Part shown: positions 1-10,433 of the stretch, piece by piece
Layout of the letters: every line of letters starts with the position of its first letter
Position numbering within the stretch: the first letter of the stretch is position 1
Assembly (NCBI GenBank): GCA_047459655.1
Contig: JAJREF010000001.1
Location: forward strand, 264,219-328,218
Direction of reading: 5' to 3'
Source of the DNA: Rhabdochlamydiaceae bacterium
GTDB taxonomy: Bacteria; Chlamydiota; Chlamydiia; Chlamydiales; Rhabdochlamydiaceae
Length of the DNA stretch: 64,000 nucleotides
The notes under the pieces: generated by a model
What the model saw: only the letters and a program-made list of their open reading frames with translations
What the model was told of the DNA's origin: nothing
Databases searched by the model: none
Position numbers and translations under genes: made by a program

Positions 1-951
1 GTCGGATAACACAAAAAGTCTCTATTCCAAATCCCTAATAGCGCCGATAGCAGTGGAAGATTCTGCATAGGGTCGGGTGTAAGGGCATGTCTGTCCATTG
101 CATGAGCGCCTTTTAAAAACTCCATAAAGTGATCGATCCCAACAAGAAAAGCAATTACAACACCCCCGACCATAGACGTTACCGAATACCTTCCTCCAAT
201 ATAGTCCCACATATAAAATGAGGCCAAATACTGGGAAGGATCGTCCATAGGACTTCCTTTTTGCGTAACTGCCATAAAATGTTTTTCCGGTTTAAGACCT
301 GCTTTTTTAAACAGGTCTCTTGCAAAGTTTCATTGGTCATGGTTTCTAAGGTAGAGCCAGATTTAGACACCACAATCACACCCGTCTTGGAAAGATCAAG
401 GTTTTTAAGAACAGAAGAAAGCTCATCAGGGTCAACGTTAGAAACAAAAAAAGCTTTTTTTCTTGCCTATGGAAAGCCCCCAAACTATCACAAATTGCTT
501 CAGGACCAAGGGATGACCCCCCAATTCCAATCTGGACAAGCGTTGTAAAGTGATCCATCTTGGGAAGGAATTTTTGTAGCTTCTCAATTTCTTGCAGGGC
601 TAAAGCAGACGCTTGTTTAGCATCTGAACTAGCTTGAGGATGATCAAAAAAATCTCTCATAGCCGTGTGCAAAGCAGGCCGATTCTCAGAAGTATACCCT
701 TGAATGGCGTTCACCTTTTCTCCTGCCTGCATAGCAGCCATTTTTTGAACTGCCTTAGCATCCTGAGCAAGCTCACAGAGAGTCTCTAAGATCTCATCCG
801 ATACACGCTCTGTTGCAAAAAACAACTTGAGCCCTAACGATTTAACTAAACAAGCCTTTACACGCTGGGGGGTAAGCGCAGAGCGTAGATCTACTTTGCT
901 TTCTGCAAGTTTAAGAAGTTTCAAGTAAGAAGGATATTTTGAAAACGCCAT
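1..951 (-). CDS. pgi: glucose-6-phosphate isomerase, N-terminal ~315 codons (runs off the left edge); frame broken twice in this sequence
   Basis: ORF 376..1116 (real ATG at 951, MAFSKYPSYL) carries IGIGGSSLGPE. ORF 179..379 carries VVSKSGSTLET. A third frame open to position 1 reads DYIGGRYSVTSMVGG...LLGIWNRDF. Frame changes sit at the A7/T7 runs 446-461 and near 335. Confidence 0.9.
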
Positions 952-1091
952 TTCAACATGGTATAGCGAAATCACTATTTTTAAGCGAGATCTAAAAATA
1001 GAGGTAGTTGCAAAACTCAGGGTTCTTCGACTGAACCTGAGTTTTGCAATTACCTCATAAATAAAACGTTGTTTTAAAAACGGGTTTGCGA

Positions 1092-1892
1092 TTAGAATCG
1101 GTCCCGTTCGGAGCATAGCGCAGTTTGGCTAGCGCAACTGCTTTGGGAGCAGTGGGTCGGGGGTTCAAATCCCTCTGCTCCGAACCTTATAACCTCTCCT
1201 CCTGTTGCTAAAAACCCCATAATCTTTCTTCTTCCTTGGGGGCTAACGGATCCATCTACAATTATTAATTGATCTAGTCCATGCCACAGCTCTAAAAGGC
1301 GCGCTTCTGGAATCACTCTATACTTTTGTCCTTCTAAATAAGAGAGTAGCTTTTCTAAAGAAGCCTCTACAGAGGGTATTAAAAAATTATCTTCAGGTAG
1401 AAGTACGCCTTTGGGATACTGTTCAGGTTCTTGTAAAGAAAGTTCTAAGTGCCAAAATCTATCTTTAGAAGTTAGCTGTAAGAGACGGGCTCTAGAAAAG
1501 GAATGGGGGCCTTCAAAAAGGCAAAAAGGTTTTATCTCTTCAGGAAGGAACGAGGCGAGCCTGTGAAAATATTCTGCAAACATAGAAGCAGCCATCAAAT
1601 CTTGGTCTCCCTCTTCTGTGACCAATACGCGCAAAAAGACATCTGGAGATCCTCTATATAAAACAACCCCAACACTTCTTTCTTTGAACTCCAGGTAAAG
1701 GGTTTTAACAAACTGTTCAATAGCCAGTGTATAAGAAAAAAAGACACCCGCATCGTTAAGTGAAATATTTTTAATAGGAAAGCCAAAATCGAATTCCCAC
1801 AAAATAGGCCCTTCTGATTGGATAGCAAGTTCTCTTGGGCCAATCCAATTCAGATCAGAATCTAAAGAAGCCTCTAGACTAATAGAATTCAT
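1092..1892 (-). CDS. hypothetical protein; start overlaps the trmB stop by ATGA
   Basis: 266-codon ORF with no motif I recognise. Its last ~30 codons are the reverse complement of tRNA-Pro, so the true 3' end is uncertain. Confidence 0.45.
   Translation of the reverse strand: MNSISLEASLDSDLNWIGPRELAIQSEGPILWEFDFGFPIKNISLNDAGVFFSYTLAIEQFVKTLYLEFKERSVGVVLYRGSPDVFLRVLVTEEGDQDLMAASMFAEYFHRLASFLPEEIKPFCLFEGPHSFSRARLLQLTSKDRFWHLELSLQEPEQYPKGVLLPEDNFLIPSVEASLEKLLSYLEGQKYRVIPEARLLELWHGLDQLIIVDGSVSPQGRRKIMGFLATGGEVIRFGAEGFEPPTHCSQSSCASQTALCSERDRF
1109..1183 (+). tRNA. tRNA-Pro (anticodon UGG)
   Basis: A 75-nt cloverleaf folded by eye. Acceptor CGGAGCA/TGCTCCG, D stem GCGC/GCGC, anticodon stem ACTGC/GCAGT with loop TTTGGGA, T arm GGGGG-TTCAAAT-CCCTC. 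No encoded CCA. Confidence 0.9.
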
Positions 1893-2560
1893 ATGCGCTC
1901 AAATTGAAAATAATGGATGTTTTTCCCTTGTGATCTCCAAAGAGCATCGAAGTAAGAATCTCCATACCCTGGCCAATCAATAATGTAATAGGGATAGGCA
2001 AAATTGGGAGTGAAAAAATTGTTTTGCGCAATTGTTTCTCCAATCTGTGTTGAATACCCTTCATCATCTGTTGCAACGATGATTTTTCCTGTAGGCTGTA
2101 AAACACGAGATAGTTGATCGATAAAGGGTGCTTGGAAAAGGCGGTTTTTAGCATGTCTTTCTTTGGGCCAGGGATCAGGAAAATTGACATACACCCCTGC
2201 GATGGAGTGATTCGGGATATACTCCTTTGTAAAAGTGAGCGCTTCTCCTGCAACAATTAATAAATTGGAAAGATGTTCATTTTTCATTTTCGACCAAATT
2301 TTACGAGCTCTTTCAAATCGCCATTCAACAGCCACCCAATTTTGATCAGGAAATTGCCTTGCTTTATCAATAATCCACGCACCGTTACCGGAGCAATACT
2401 CGATGTTCACAGGGTTGCCATTTTCAAACAGGAAATTCCATCCGGGAAAGATCCACTCTCCGTAGGCTGTGTAATAATCGGGAACGTAGAGAACCTTATC
2501 TGCAAAATAAGTGCATCTATCCTTCCATCTAAACGGGTACTTTAAATTTTTTGGCTTCAT
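1889..2560 (-). CDS. trmB: tRNA (guanine-N7)-methyltransferase
   Basis: 223 aa with EYCSGNGAW (SAM motif I), VAVEWRFERA and VNFPDPWPKERHAKNRL, typical of the TrmB family. Confidence 0.9.
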   Translation of the reverse strand: MKPKNLKYPFRWKDRCTYFADKVLYVPDYYTAYGEWIFPGWNFLFENGNPVNIEYCSGNGAWIIDKARQFPDQNWVAVEWRFERARKIWSKMKNEHLSNLLIVAGEALTFTKEYIPNHSIAGVYVNFPDPWPKERHAKNRLFQAPFIDQLSRVLQPTGKIIVATDDEGYSTQIGETIAQNNFFTPNFAYPYYIIDWPGYGDSYFDALWRSQGKNIHYFQFERI

Positions 2561-2624
2561 ATTTTCATCAGAGAAATAAGAATACCTGAATTGAAAATCT
2601 TGATCAATAGTAGAAATTTTTGGT

Positions 2625-3725
2625 ATGTTAAGACAAAACTGTTATTCGAGGGCATACGTGAAAAATATTTTTCTTCTAGCTTTATGTTTGAGCTACCTTT
2701 CTGCTGAAGAGTCTCAAGAAACCAGCTTAAACCTCCTTTCTCTTGAACTTCCCGCAGAATCGATACAAACTCCTGAGCCTACAGAAACTTTAGCACAACA
2801 AAAAATCGAATCTTTTTTTGAAATCGATGAGGTTGATGCAGATCTTTTTCGGCCTGAACAAACCCCGTCACTTACAACGGCTGCCCTTAAAGAGGAGCCT
2901 GCTTTAGAAAAAGATCCTAAAATGGTAATGACCAGCCTCCCTGCTTTTGTAGAAAATAAAAATCTTGTTAACGAGGAAGATTTTTTAGATCTTACCTCTA
3001 TTGACACTCCTTCCGGTGATGCAGGAATTACCTTAGAAAAACAGGAAATAGCGGCCACAGAGCCAGAGATCTTTGAAACAGAAAATGAAACACCGGCAAA
3101 AACATCAGGCGTCGTTATTGATTTCGGAAAGGTCTTTGCTGGATCCCCTACGATCTATTCTTTTTTAATCCTTCTTTCAATGGGAAGTTTCTTCATTTGG
3201 CTCTACACAACGCTTTCTTTACGAACATCACAACTTCTTCCTAAAAACACGCTTAAAATCTTAAGAGAAAAACTGACAAACAAACAGTATCCAGAAGCTC
3301 TAAATATCTGCGAAACAAATAACTCGCTCATCTTTAAAATGCTAGCCTCTGGCCTATCTTCAAGAACGCAAGGAACCAGTGTCATGATGGAAGCGATTAA
3401 CTCTGCAGGAAAAAGAGCAACAGGTGCCCATTGGCAGAAAATCGGCTTACTCAATGATATTGCTATCATAGCCCCAATGCTTGGACTTCTCGGAACAGTT
3501 CTTGGGATGTTCTATGCTTTTTATGATGTGAACCGATCGGTAGAAGGTATTTCTGCATTCTTCGATGGCCTTGGTATTTCTGTAGGAACAACTGTCGGAG
3601 GACTGCTTGTGGCCATCCTTGCGATGGTTTTCCACTCCTTGACAAAGTATAAACTTGTCAAACAGTTGAATTTAATTGAAAATGAAGCGAAAACATTGAC
3701 TCATTTGATCGATTTAAAGGAATAA
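2625..3725 (+). CDS. tolQ: MotA/TolQ/ExbB-family proton channel with a long N-terminal extension
   Basis: The C-terminal ~200 aa has three TM segments and IAPMLGLLGTVLGM. The N-terminal ~160 aa is a signal-like segment plus an acidic, Pro-rich region. Confidence 0.85.
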   Translation: MLRQNCYSRAYVKNIFLLALCLSYLSAEESQETSLNLLSLELPAESIQTPEPTETLAQQKIESFFEIDEVDADLFRPEQTPSLTTAALKEEPALEKDPKMVMTSLPAFVENKNLVNEEDFLDLTSIDTPSGDAGITLEKQEIAATEPEIFETENETPAKTSGVVIDFGKVFAGSPTIYSFLILLSMGSFFIWLYTTLSLRTSQLLPKNTLKILREKLTNKQYPEALNICETNNSLIFKMLASGLSSRTQGTSVMMEAINSAGKRATGAHWQKIGLLNDIAIIAPMLGLLGTVLGMFYAFYDVNRSVEGISAFFDGLGISVGTTVGGLLVAILAMVFHSLTKYKLVKQLNLIENEAKTLTHLIDLKE

Positions 3726-3731
3726 AAATTT

Positions 3732-4190
3732 ATGAATTTAGTCCCAGAAGAAGAGTTCAAACGCAGCATTAGCATGAACCTTGCCTTCATGGTTGACTTT
3801 TTGTTCTTGATCATTGCAATGTTTGCAACGATGGCTATCACGAAATCCTACCTCGTTGACAACGACATCAGCCTTGTTGCAATGAAGCCCAAAAAAGAGG
3901 TCATTTCCCCTTCTCATGAAGCCTCTTGCCTTGTGAACATTAGCATTACAGAAGATGGTCATTACAAATGGATGACAGAAGTCAATGAATTCCTTATTGC
4001 AAGCCCTCAGGGGATTCAATCAGAGTTAAATAGACAACAAAAAAGTGGACTCATTCCTTCCAACAAAGAGCAGACAAGAGTCCTCTTACATATCGATAAA
4101 GGTGCGCAGTGGGACTCTATTGCCCAAGCCATCTTTGCTATTAAACAATCAGGATTTCAAATTTATCCTGTATATGAACCATCGGAATAA
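3732..4190 (+). CDS. tolR: ExbD/TolR-family protein
   Basis: 152 aa with a single N-terminal TM (LAFMVDFLFLIIAMFATMAI). It starts 7 nt after the TolQ/ExbB-family gene. Confidence 0.8.
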   Translation: MNLVPEEEFKRSISMNLAFMVDFLFLIIAMFATMAITKSYLVDNDISLVAMKPKKEVISPSHEASCLVNISITEDGHYKWMTEVNEFLIASPQGIQSELNRQQKSGLIPSNKEQTRVLLHIDKGAQWDSIAQAIFAIKQSGFQIYPVYEPSE

Positions 4191-4303
4191 CAAAGGTAAA
4201 ACATATGAGTAAATCTAAAGACGCCCGTAAAGAAGAAAGAAAAAACCATCAAAGAGCCTCAAAGAGAAAAGACTGGCCAAAGCAGAAAAAAGAAATCAAA
4301 GAA

Positions 4304-5557
4304 TTAGATTTCTTGGAAGAGAAAGATCGTCTCCATCTCTTCCCTAGACAGGCCGCCGTGCATGGCATAAAACTTTTGCTCGAAACGCCGCTTTTGGTAC
4401 CACCAAACAGATTGGTTCTTAAAAGGCAAAATCACGAGATTCCCTACCCTCTCTAGAAATCGCTCAGAGGGTAGGGCTTTTCCAAATAACCCTGCTTTAA
4501 TCAACTCTGATGTCTTATAGACAGTAGCAACCCCCTTAAGAGCTTCCGTAAGAAGGGCTCTGCACTCCTCCTTCTTTAATTCTTCGGCATGTATAAAAAA
4601 TCGCGGCAAGAGCCTGCAGGAACAAGAAGCTGCCCTTCTTTATTTTTACAGATATAAGAACTCAGATTAGGAATTTTCTCATTAAGGTAAAAGGTCGTGC
4701 TCGGATCGATGGCTGTCATTCCGTGATCTGCTACAAGAATAAGTGCTGTTTTTTTACCATTTTTATTGAGCTTTTTTAAAAATACATTCTCCAAATTCTG
4801 GAAACAGAAATCCATCGCTTTTCTAACCTCCTCTGACTCTAATCCATGGCGGTGAGCCTGTGCATCGATATCTCCAAAATAGAGATAAAAATACCCCCCT
4901 TTCCAATAGCTTCAGCTAGAGAGGCAAGTCCCGAGCTAAAATCATTGTATGGATGATTTTCTGCTCCCTGGAATAAAACAGAGGAATAAGGAGATGTCGC
5001 AATGTGCTTCTGTTGGAAAACAGAAGAAGAAACGCCCGCTTTTTTTAATGTCTGGTAAAAAGTGGCACGGGGATAGATATCTTCAGGAGATGCCCCTATT
5101 TTTGATAATGTTCCTATCTCTTTATCTCCTGCAAAAGAAAAGAGTAAGGGTGAAATCATCTGATCTAAAATCGGTTCATAATAAAACCATTCATAGACAC
5201 CGCTCTGCCCTACTTCAAGACCTGTATTTAGACATGTCACATGTGCAGCTGTTGTAGAAGGAAACTGAGAGGTGATCTTAGAAACAATCCCCTCTTTTAC
5301 AAACCGTTGTAGAAAGGGATATCTATCGGTATTCTTTTGTAAAAATTGCCATCCAAATCCATCTATCAGTAAAAGAATTACCGCATCATAAGAGTCATCT
5401 CCCGTGCAATCTAGGGGCAGCCCCCTTTTTCTCCTTTCAAAAGACGTAAAATTGTATGAGGAATTTGGGAAAAACAGTAACTTTCATATAGAGGCTTACA
5501 TCCATCTGTGCCAAAAGAACTCTTTGCAACAGCTTTTATAGAAAGATCGTTGATCAT
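4304..5557 (-). CDS. alkaline-phosphatase-superfamily nucleotide pyrophosphatase/phosphodiesterase; frame broken at least 4 times
   Basis: Fragments 4304..4609, 4576..4815 and 4839..5240, plus unlisted pieces up to the ATG at 5557. Motifs LLIDGFGW (read by eye), FPSTTAAHVT (read by eye in a shifted frame, overlapping the MTCLNTG start of ORF 4839..5240) and LILVADHGM match the metal and nucleophile sites of this family. Confidence 0.7.
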
Positions 5558-5639
5558 ATTTTTTCCACATTACGGGGAAGAGAAAAAATGGCAACAAATC
5601 TCTCTTTTCAATTAGATTCAAAAATAAAGTGGGAATTTT

Positions 5640-7013
5640 ATGTTCAGAAAATCATTAAGCACTTTTATGCTTGCCATGATGACAGTAGCGGCTATTGGGG
5701 GGTTAAAAAATTGGCCCACAGTCGCTGAATATGGCTTTTCCTCCCTGTTCCTATTCCTTTTGGCAACGGTGGTATTTTTTATACCTACAGCGCTTGTTTC
5801 AGCAGAGCTTGCTACAGGCTGGCCAAAAATTGGAGGAGTCTATGTATGGGTGAAAGAAGCCTTTGGACGCAAGATGGGTTTTCTATCGATATGGCTTCTA
5901 TGGATACAAAATGTGGTTTGGTATCCAACGATTTTATCTTTTATTGCGGGCTCAATTGCATACCTCATTAATCCTGCTCTTATCTACAATAAGTTCTACA
6001 TGATTTCTATTATTGTCCCCGTGTTTTGGGTCATTACTTGCGTAAATTTACGAGGGATGCACATATCGGGATGGATTAGCTCTTTTGGGGTTATTGCTGG
6101 CAATTTCCTCCCGGGACTTATTATCATCGTGCTAGGAGCTTTGTGGTATTTTCAAGGAAAACCCTTACAAATCCCTCTAGATAGAGCCCATGTACTTCCT
6201 AACTTTTCCAGTCTTGAGCATCTTGTCTTCTTTGCTGGCTTAATACTTGCCCTTTGTGGGATAGAGATGACAGCTGTTCATGCAAAAGACGTTGAAAACC
6301 CACAAAAGAATTATCCTAAGGCAATATTAATTTCCGCCTTACTCATTATTGGCTCTTCCATTTTGGGAGTTTTAGCAATCAGTGCTGTTGTGCCCAAAAG
6401 AGATCAGTTTAATGGCAGGCTCTATGCAAGCTATTTACGCGCTCTTTGAAGCTTACCACCTCTCAGCGCTTGTTCCTCTTGTAGCTGTTCTAATTGTCAT
6501 AGGAGCTCTTGCCTCTCTAAGCACATGGACAGCAGGGCCCAGTAGAGGCCTTTTAGCAGCTGCAGAAGGAGGAGATCTCCTCCTTTTTTCCGCAAACTAA
6601 ACAAGCGTAACATGCCTGTGAACCTTTTAATTGCGCAAGCGATCATCATGACCATCCTCTCTCTTTTATTCATTTTTATGCCAACAGTCGATAGCGCTTT
6701 TTGGATTTTGACAGCTCTTGTTGCTCAAGCCTATCTTGTGATGTATCTTCTCCTTTTTGCAGCGGCTATCAGGCTGCGCTACACAAGAGCTAGCACACCC
6801 AGAGCCTACAGGGTTCCTGGAGGGAATCTAGGGATGTGGGTAGTGGGGACCCTGGGCATCCTAAGCTCTCTTTTTGCCATTATTGTTAGTTTTTTACCCC
6901 CTGCTCAAATACCCACAGGAAATGCAACCTTCTATATCACCTTTCTTGCAATCGGTCTGACCTTGATTTGTGTTGTCCCATTTGTTATCCTGTGGTCAAA
7001 AAAATGTTCGTGA
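5640..7013 (+). CDS. APC-family amino acid permease (GadC/YjeM-like); frame broken twice
   Basis: Three consecutive ORFs (5640..6449, 6382..6600, 6612..7013) together give about 12 TM segments. The first contains GWPKIGGVYVWVKEAFG. Junctions lie near 6400 and 6575. Confidence 0.8.
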
Positions 7014-7024
7014 GATAAATTTTA

Positions 7025-7769
7025 ATGGAAACATCTTGGGAAAACTCTCATAGCTGGTATGATAAAACAGTTGGCGAAAGAGGACACTACTACCATCAAA
7101 GTGTTATTTTTCCCAAAACCCTCAATCTGCTAAAATTTAAAAAGGAGATAAGCTCCTGGATCTTGCCTGCGGGCAAGGCGTGCTAGCAAGGCAGTTACCC
7201 CCTCAAGTAGGATACCTTGGAATCGATGCCTCTCATTCCCTCATCAAGCAAGCAAAGGATACTCTCACTCGCATGCCTTTCTTCTTGGTGATGTCACAAA
7301 AGAGATCAAAACCCCTGAAAAAGACTTTTCCCATGCGACAATTATCCTAGCACTGCAAAATATCGAAAAGCCTGATCTTGTCTTGAAAAACGCCCACCTG
7401 CTATTAAAGCCTCAAGGGAAGCTCCTTATCGTCCTGAACCACCCCTGTTTTCGAATACCTCGCCAATCCAGCTGGGGTGTCGATGAACCAAAAAAACTTC
7501 AATACCGCCGTATTGACCGCTACCTTTCTCCGCTTAAAATCCCTATCCAAACCCACCCAGGCAAGCAACATGATTCCCAAGAAACCTGGTCCTTCCACCA
7601 CCCCCTCTCCGATTACACCCGCTGGCTGCAAGAAGCCGGCTTTACGATAGAGATCATTGAAGAATGGATCTCTGATAAAACAAGCACAGGGGGCCATGCT
7701 AAAATGGAAAATAGAAGCAGGGCGGAATTCCCTCTTTTTTTGGCTATATTAGCTTGCAAACTTCCGTAG
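7025..7769 (+). CDS. class I SAM-dependent methyltransferase; frame broken twice
   Basis: ATG at 7025 (METSWENSHSWYDK). The shifted frame reads LLDLACGQGVLARQL (motif I). The C-terminal ORF 7383..7769 continues the protein. Confidence 0.65.
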
Positions 7770-7887
7770 ATGAGCTTTTCAAATATTTTTTTAATCTCTC
7801 ATCCTCCACTTCTTTTCTTATTCCTAAACTCCGCATCCTTTATACGCCTTTCCCTGCGATTGCCTGCTTCCTCGTAGCGTCTTTTCT

Positions 7888-8301
7888 CTAGGGGGTCTCA
7901 GGGGTAACAGAGGGAACCTCTGTTGGTTTCTTATTTTCATCTAGAGCGATGAATGTAAAATAGGCAGAGATAATATGCCTTTTTTCTCCGGTTTCAAACC
8001 TTTCTGCCTCTACACGGATGCCGATCTCCATAGAGCTTCTCCAGGAGCGATTGATTGCTGCGTGGAAAAGAAGCACGTCTCCTTCTCCAGCAGGTCTTAG
8101 AAAATGCATCGAGTCAACAGAGGCTGTAACGCAAGTCTTTTGGCTATGCCTTTCTGCGACTACAAGAGCAATCCTGTCACAAATTGCCATGATCATCCCT
8201 CCAAAAGCCGTTCCATAATGATTTAAATCATTAGGGAAAATTTTATATGTGTGGTTGTCCACAGCTGATTCCTTGACTTTTTTAGAAAGTTTGTGCGTCA
8301 T
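7888..8301 (-). CDS. acyl-CoA thioesterase (hotdog fold, YciA-like)
   Basis: 137 aa. IFPNDLNHYGTAFGGMIMAICD and VTASVDSMHFLRP match the hotdog acyl-CoA thioester hydrolase pattern. Confidence 0.8.
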   Translation of the reverse strand: MTHKLSKKVKESAVDNHTYKIFPNDLNHYGTAFGGMIMAICDRIALVVAERHSQKTCVTASVDSMHFLRPAGEGDVLLFHAAINRSWRSSMEIGIRVEAERFETGEKRHIISAYFTFIALDENKKPTEVPSVTPETP

Positions 8302-8424
8302 GCTTTTTTTACATTCCCTACAGCAAGATTTTATGCTATGATCCAGTTCAGATAAGTCGTCAATAAATAAATTTAAAATTGCAGACTATTTGACGATGTT
8401 TACCATAATTTTAGGGTATAGCAC

Positions 8425-10264
8425 ATGTGTGGAATATTTGGGTATGTAGGGCCTAGAATTCAGCCGAAAATTGCTTTTTAGGGTTAAAGAAGCTTCAATA
8501 TCGAGGATACGACTCTGCAGGAGTTGCAGGGATTGGGATCGATGATGGACAGCTCCACTTCTGCAAACAAGTCGGCACGATCGATGCGCTAACAACTGCC
8601 TGGAACAGCCGCCCTCCTGCTCACCTAGGCCTTGCAATTGGCCACACCCGCTGGGCAACGCACGGCAAGCCCTCCTATGAAAATGCCCATCCTCACTTCG
8701 ATGAGAAGTTCAATATCGCCGTCGTCCATAATGGCATCATCGAAAACCACAATAGCCTTCGCGATATGTTGAAAAGCTATGAAATCTCTTTTGAGACCGA
8801 TACAGATACAGAAGTGATTGCTAAATTGATTGCTTATTTCTACGAAGGTGACCTACTCACGTCTGTACGGAAAGCTCTTTCTTTGATGCACGGATTTTGG
8901 GCCCTTGCCGTTATTCATAAAAGCCATCCTGATATCATTGTAGCTGCCGCAAGAGAAAACCCCCTGATCATCGCGCAACATCAGCGCAAACAAGAAACCT
9001 ACATCTCCTCCGATCCAAATGCATTCCATCTCCCTGATCTCGATCTTATTTTCTTAAGAAATGATGAAATTGCCCTCATTAAATCAACCTCTGTTGAAAT
9101 CTTCGATGAAAGCCACCATCCTGTTGTCAAAACAACCGAGCGCATGATCCTAGACAATGAAACCCAAAGCAAGGGATCTTTTGATCATTTCATGCAGAAA
9201 GAAATCTTCGAACAACCTAAAACAATACAGCAAGCGCTCCACAACCGCTTCATTGAAGAGTTTGGAACGGTTGAATTTGAGAATTTCAATTTTACACCGC
9301 AGGAGCTTCTGGCTGTGAAGCGAATTGTCATTTTAGGCTGCGGTACGTCTTGGCATGCGGCAAGCATTGGAGCGCTACTTCTGGAAGAGAAAGCAAGAAT
9401 CCCTGCACAAGCAGAAATTGCTTCGGAATTTAGGTATAAAAATCCCATCATTACAGAAGATACGCTTGTGATTGCGATCTCTCAGTCGGGTGAGACTCTT
9501 GACACGATTGCAGCTGTTCGCGAAGTCCAAAGAAAAGGGGCTAAAGTCATTGGCATTTGCAACGTGCGTAAATTCCACCTTAGCAAGAGAAGTTGATTCT
9601 GTTCTCTTTGAAGAGCGGGTCCTGAAATTAGCGTCTGCTCCACAAAAGCCTTTACTTCTCAAATCACCGTTCTTTCTCTTTTTGCGCTTCTCATGGGAAG
9701 ACTCCACCATATTAGCAAGGAAGATGGACAAGCTTTCCTCAACGAGCTGCGCTCTCTTCCTAAAGTTATCGAAGAAATACTAGCCCAAAGCGACACTATT
9801 GAAGCGCTTGCTAAAAAATATGCCCATTTTGAGAACTTCTTTTTCTTGGCAGAAATCACATGCATATCACGAGTCTAGAAGCGGCCCTTAAACTAAAAGA
9901 AATCTCCTACCTCAACGCGATTGGCTACCCAGCCGGCGAGATGAAACACGGCCCTATTGCCCTAGCAAGCCCCGAACTTGCGATCATCGGGCTCTGTGGC
10001 AATCAAAAAACGTATGAAAAAACCCTTAGCAATCTCACAGAAGTCAAATCCAGAGGCACCCCGATCCTAGCCTTTGCTTTTGAAGGTTCTCGGGAAATTG
10101 AAAGGATCGCAGACGATGTCTTCTACCTACCCCCTATTTGCGATGAACTAGCCAGCATCCCCTTTTCTGTTGCCCTCCAGCTCGTCGCTTATTACATGGC
10201 CAAAGAAAGAGGCACTGACATCGACCAACCCCGTAATCTAGCAAAATCAGTGACCGTAGAATAA
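8425..10264 (+). CDS. glmS: glutamine--fructose-6-phosphate aminotransferase; frame broken at least 4 times
   Basis: The N-terminus MCGIFGYVG starts at 8425. HTRWATHG was read by eye in a shifted frame. ORFs 8766..9596, 9693..9878 and 9860..10264 carry the SIS domains and the ending NLAKSVTVE. The first shift is at the T5 run 8475-8479. Confidence 0.9.
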
Positions 10265-10433
10265 CTCTCTCATTTTGAACACATTACAAACAAAAAAATC
10301 TGACTATCGGTGTTGCAGATTTTATCTGTAATTAACTTAAAATCAAAAAGATGTGAAAACCACCGATGGCAGGCACTTGATTTTATTATTCAAATCTTAT
10401 AAAATGGTAATAAATATTTAAAAGGAGTGTTTT

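Noticed and set aside
22-210. The 62-aa minus-strand ORF at the left edge.
   Set aside because: It is in the wrong frame of pgi. The conserved PGI sequence (DYIGGRYSV...) is read in another frame that runs off the window edge.
4205-4456. The Lys-rich 83-codon ORF after tolR, considered as a possible TolA-like remnant.
   Set aside because: It has no TM anchor, and its 3' half is antisense to the phosphodiesterase gene. The basic N-terminal 40 codons alone are not enough evidence to call a gene.
10280-10395. An imperfect inverted repeat (CTGACTATCGGTG ... CACCGATGGCAGG) downstream of glmS, considered as a possible terminator or riboswitch-like structure.
   Set aside because: The arms are about 50 nt apart with mismatches, there is no U-tract, and it does not resemble any RNA family I know.
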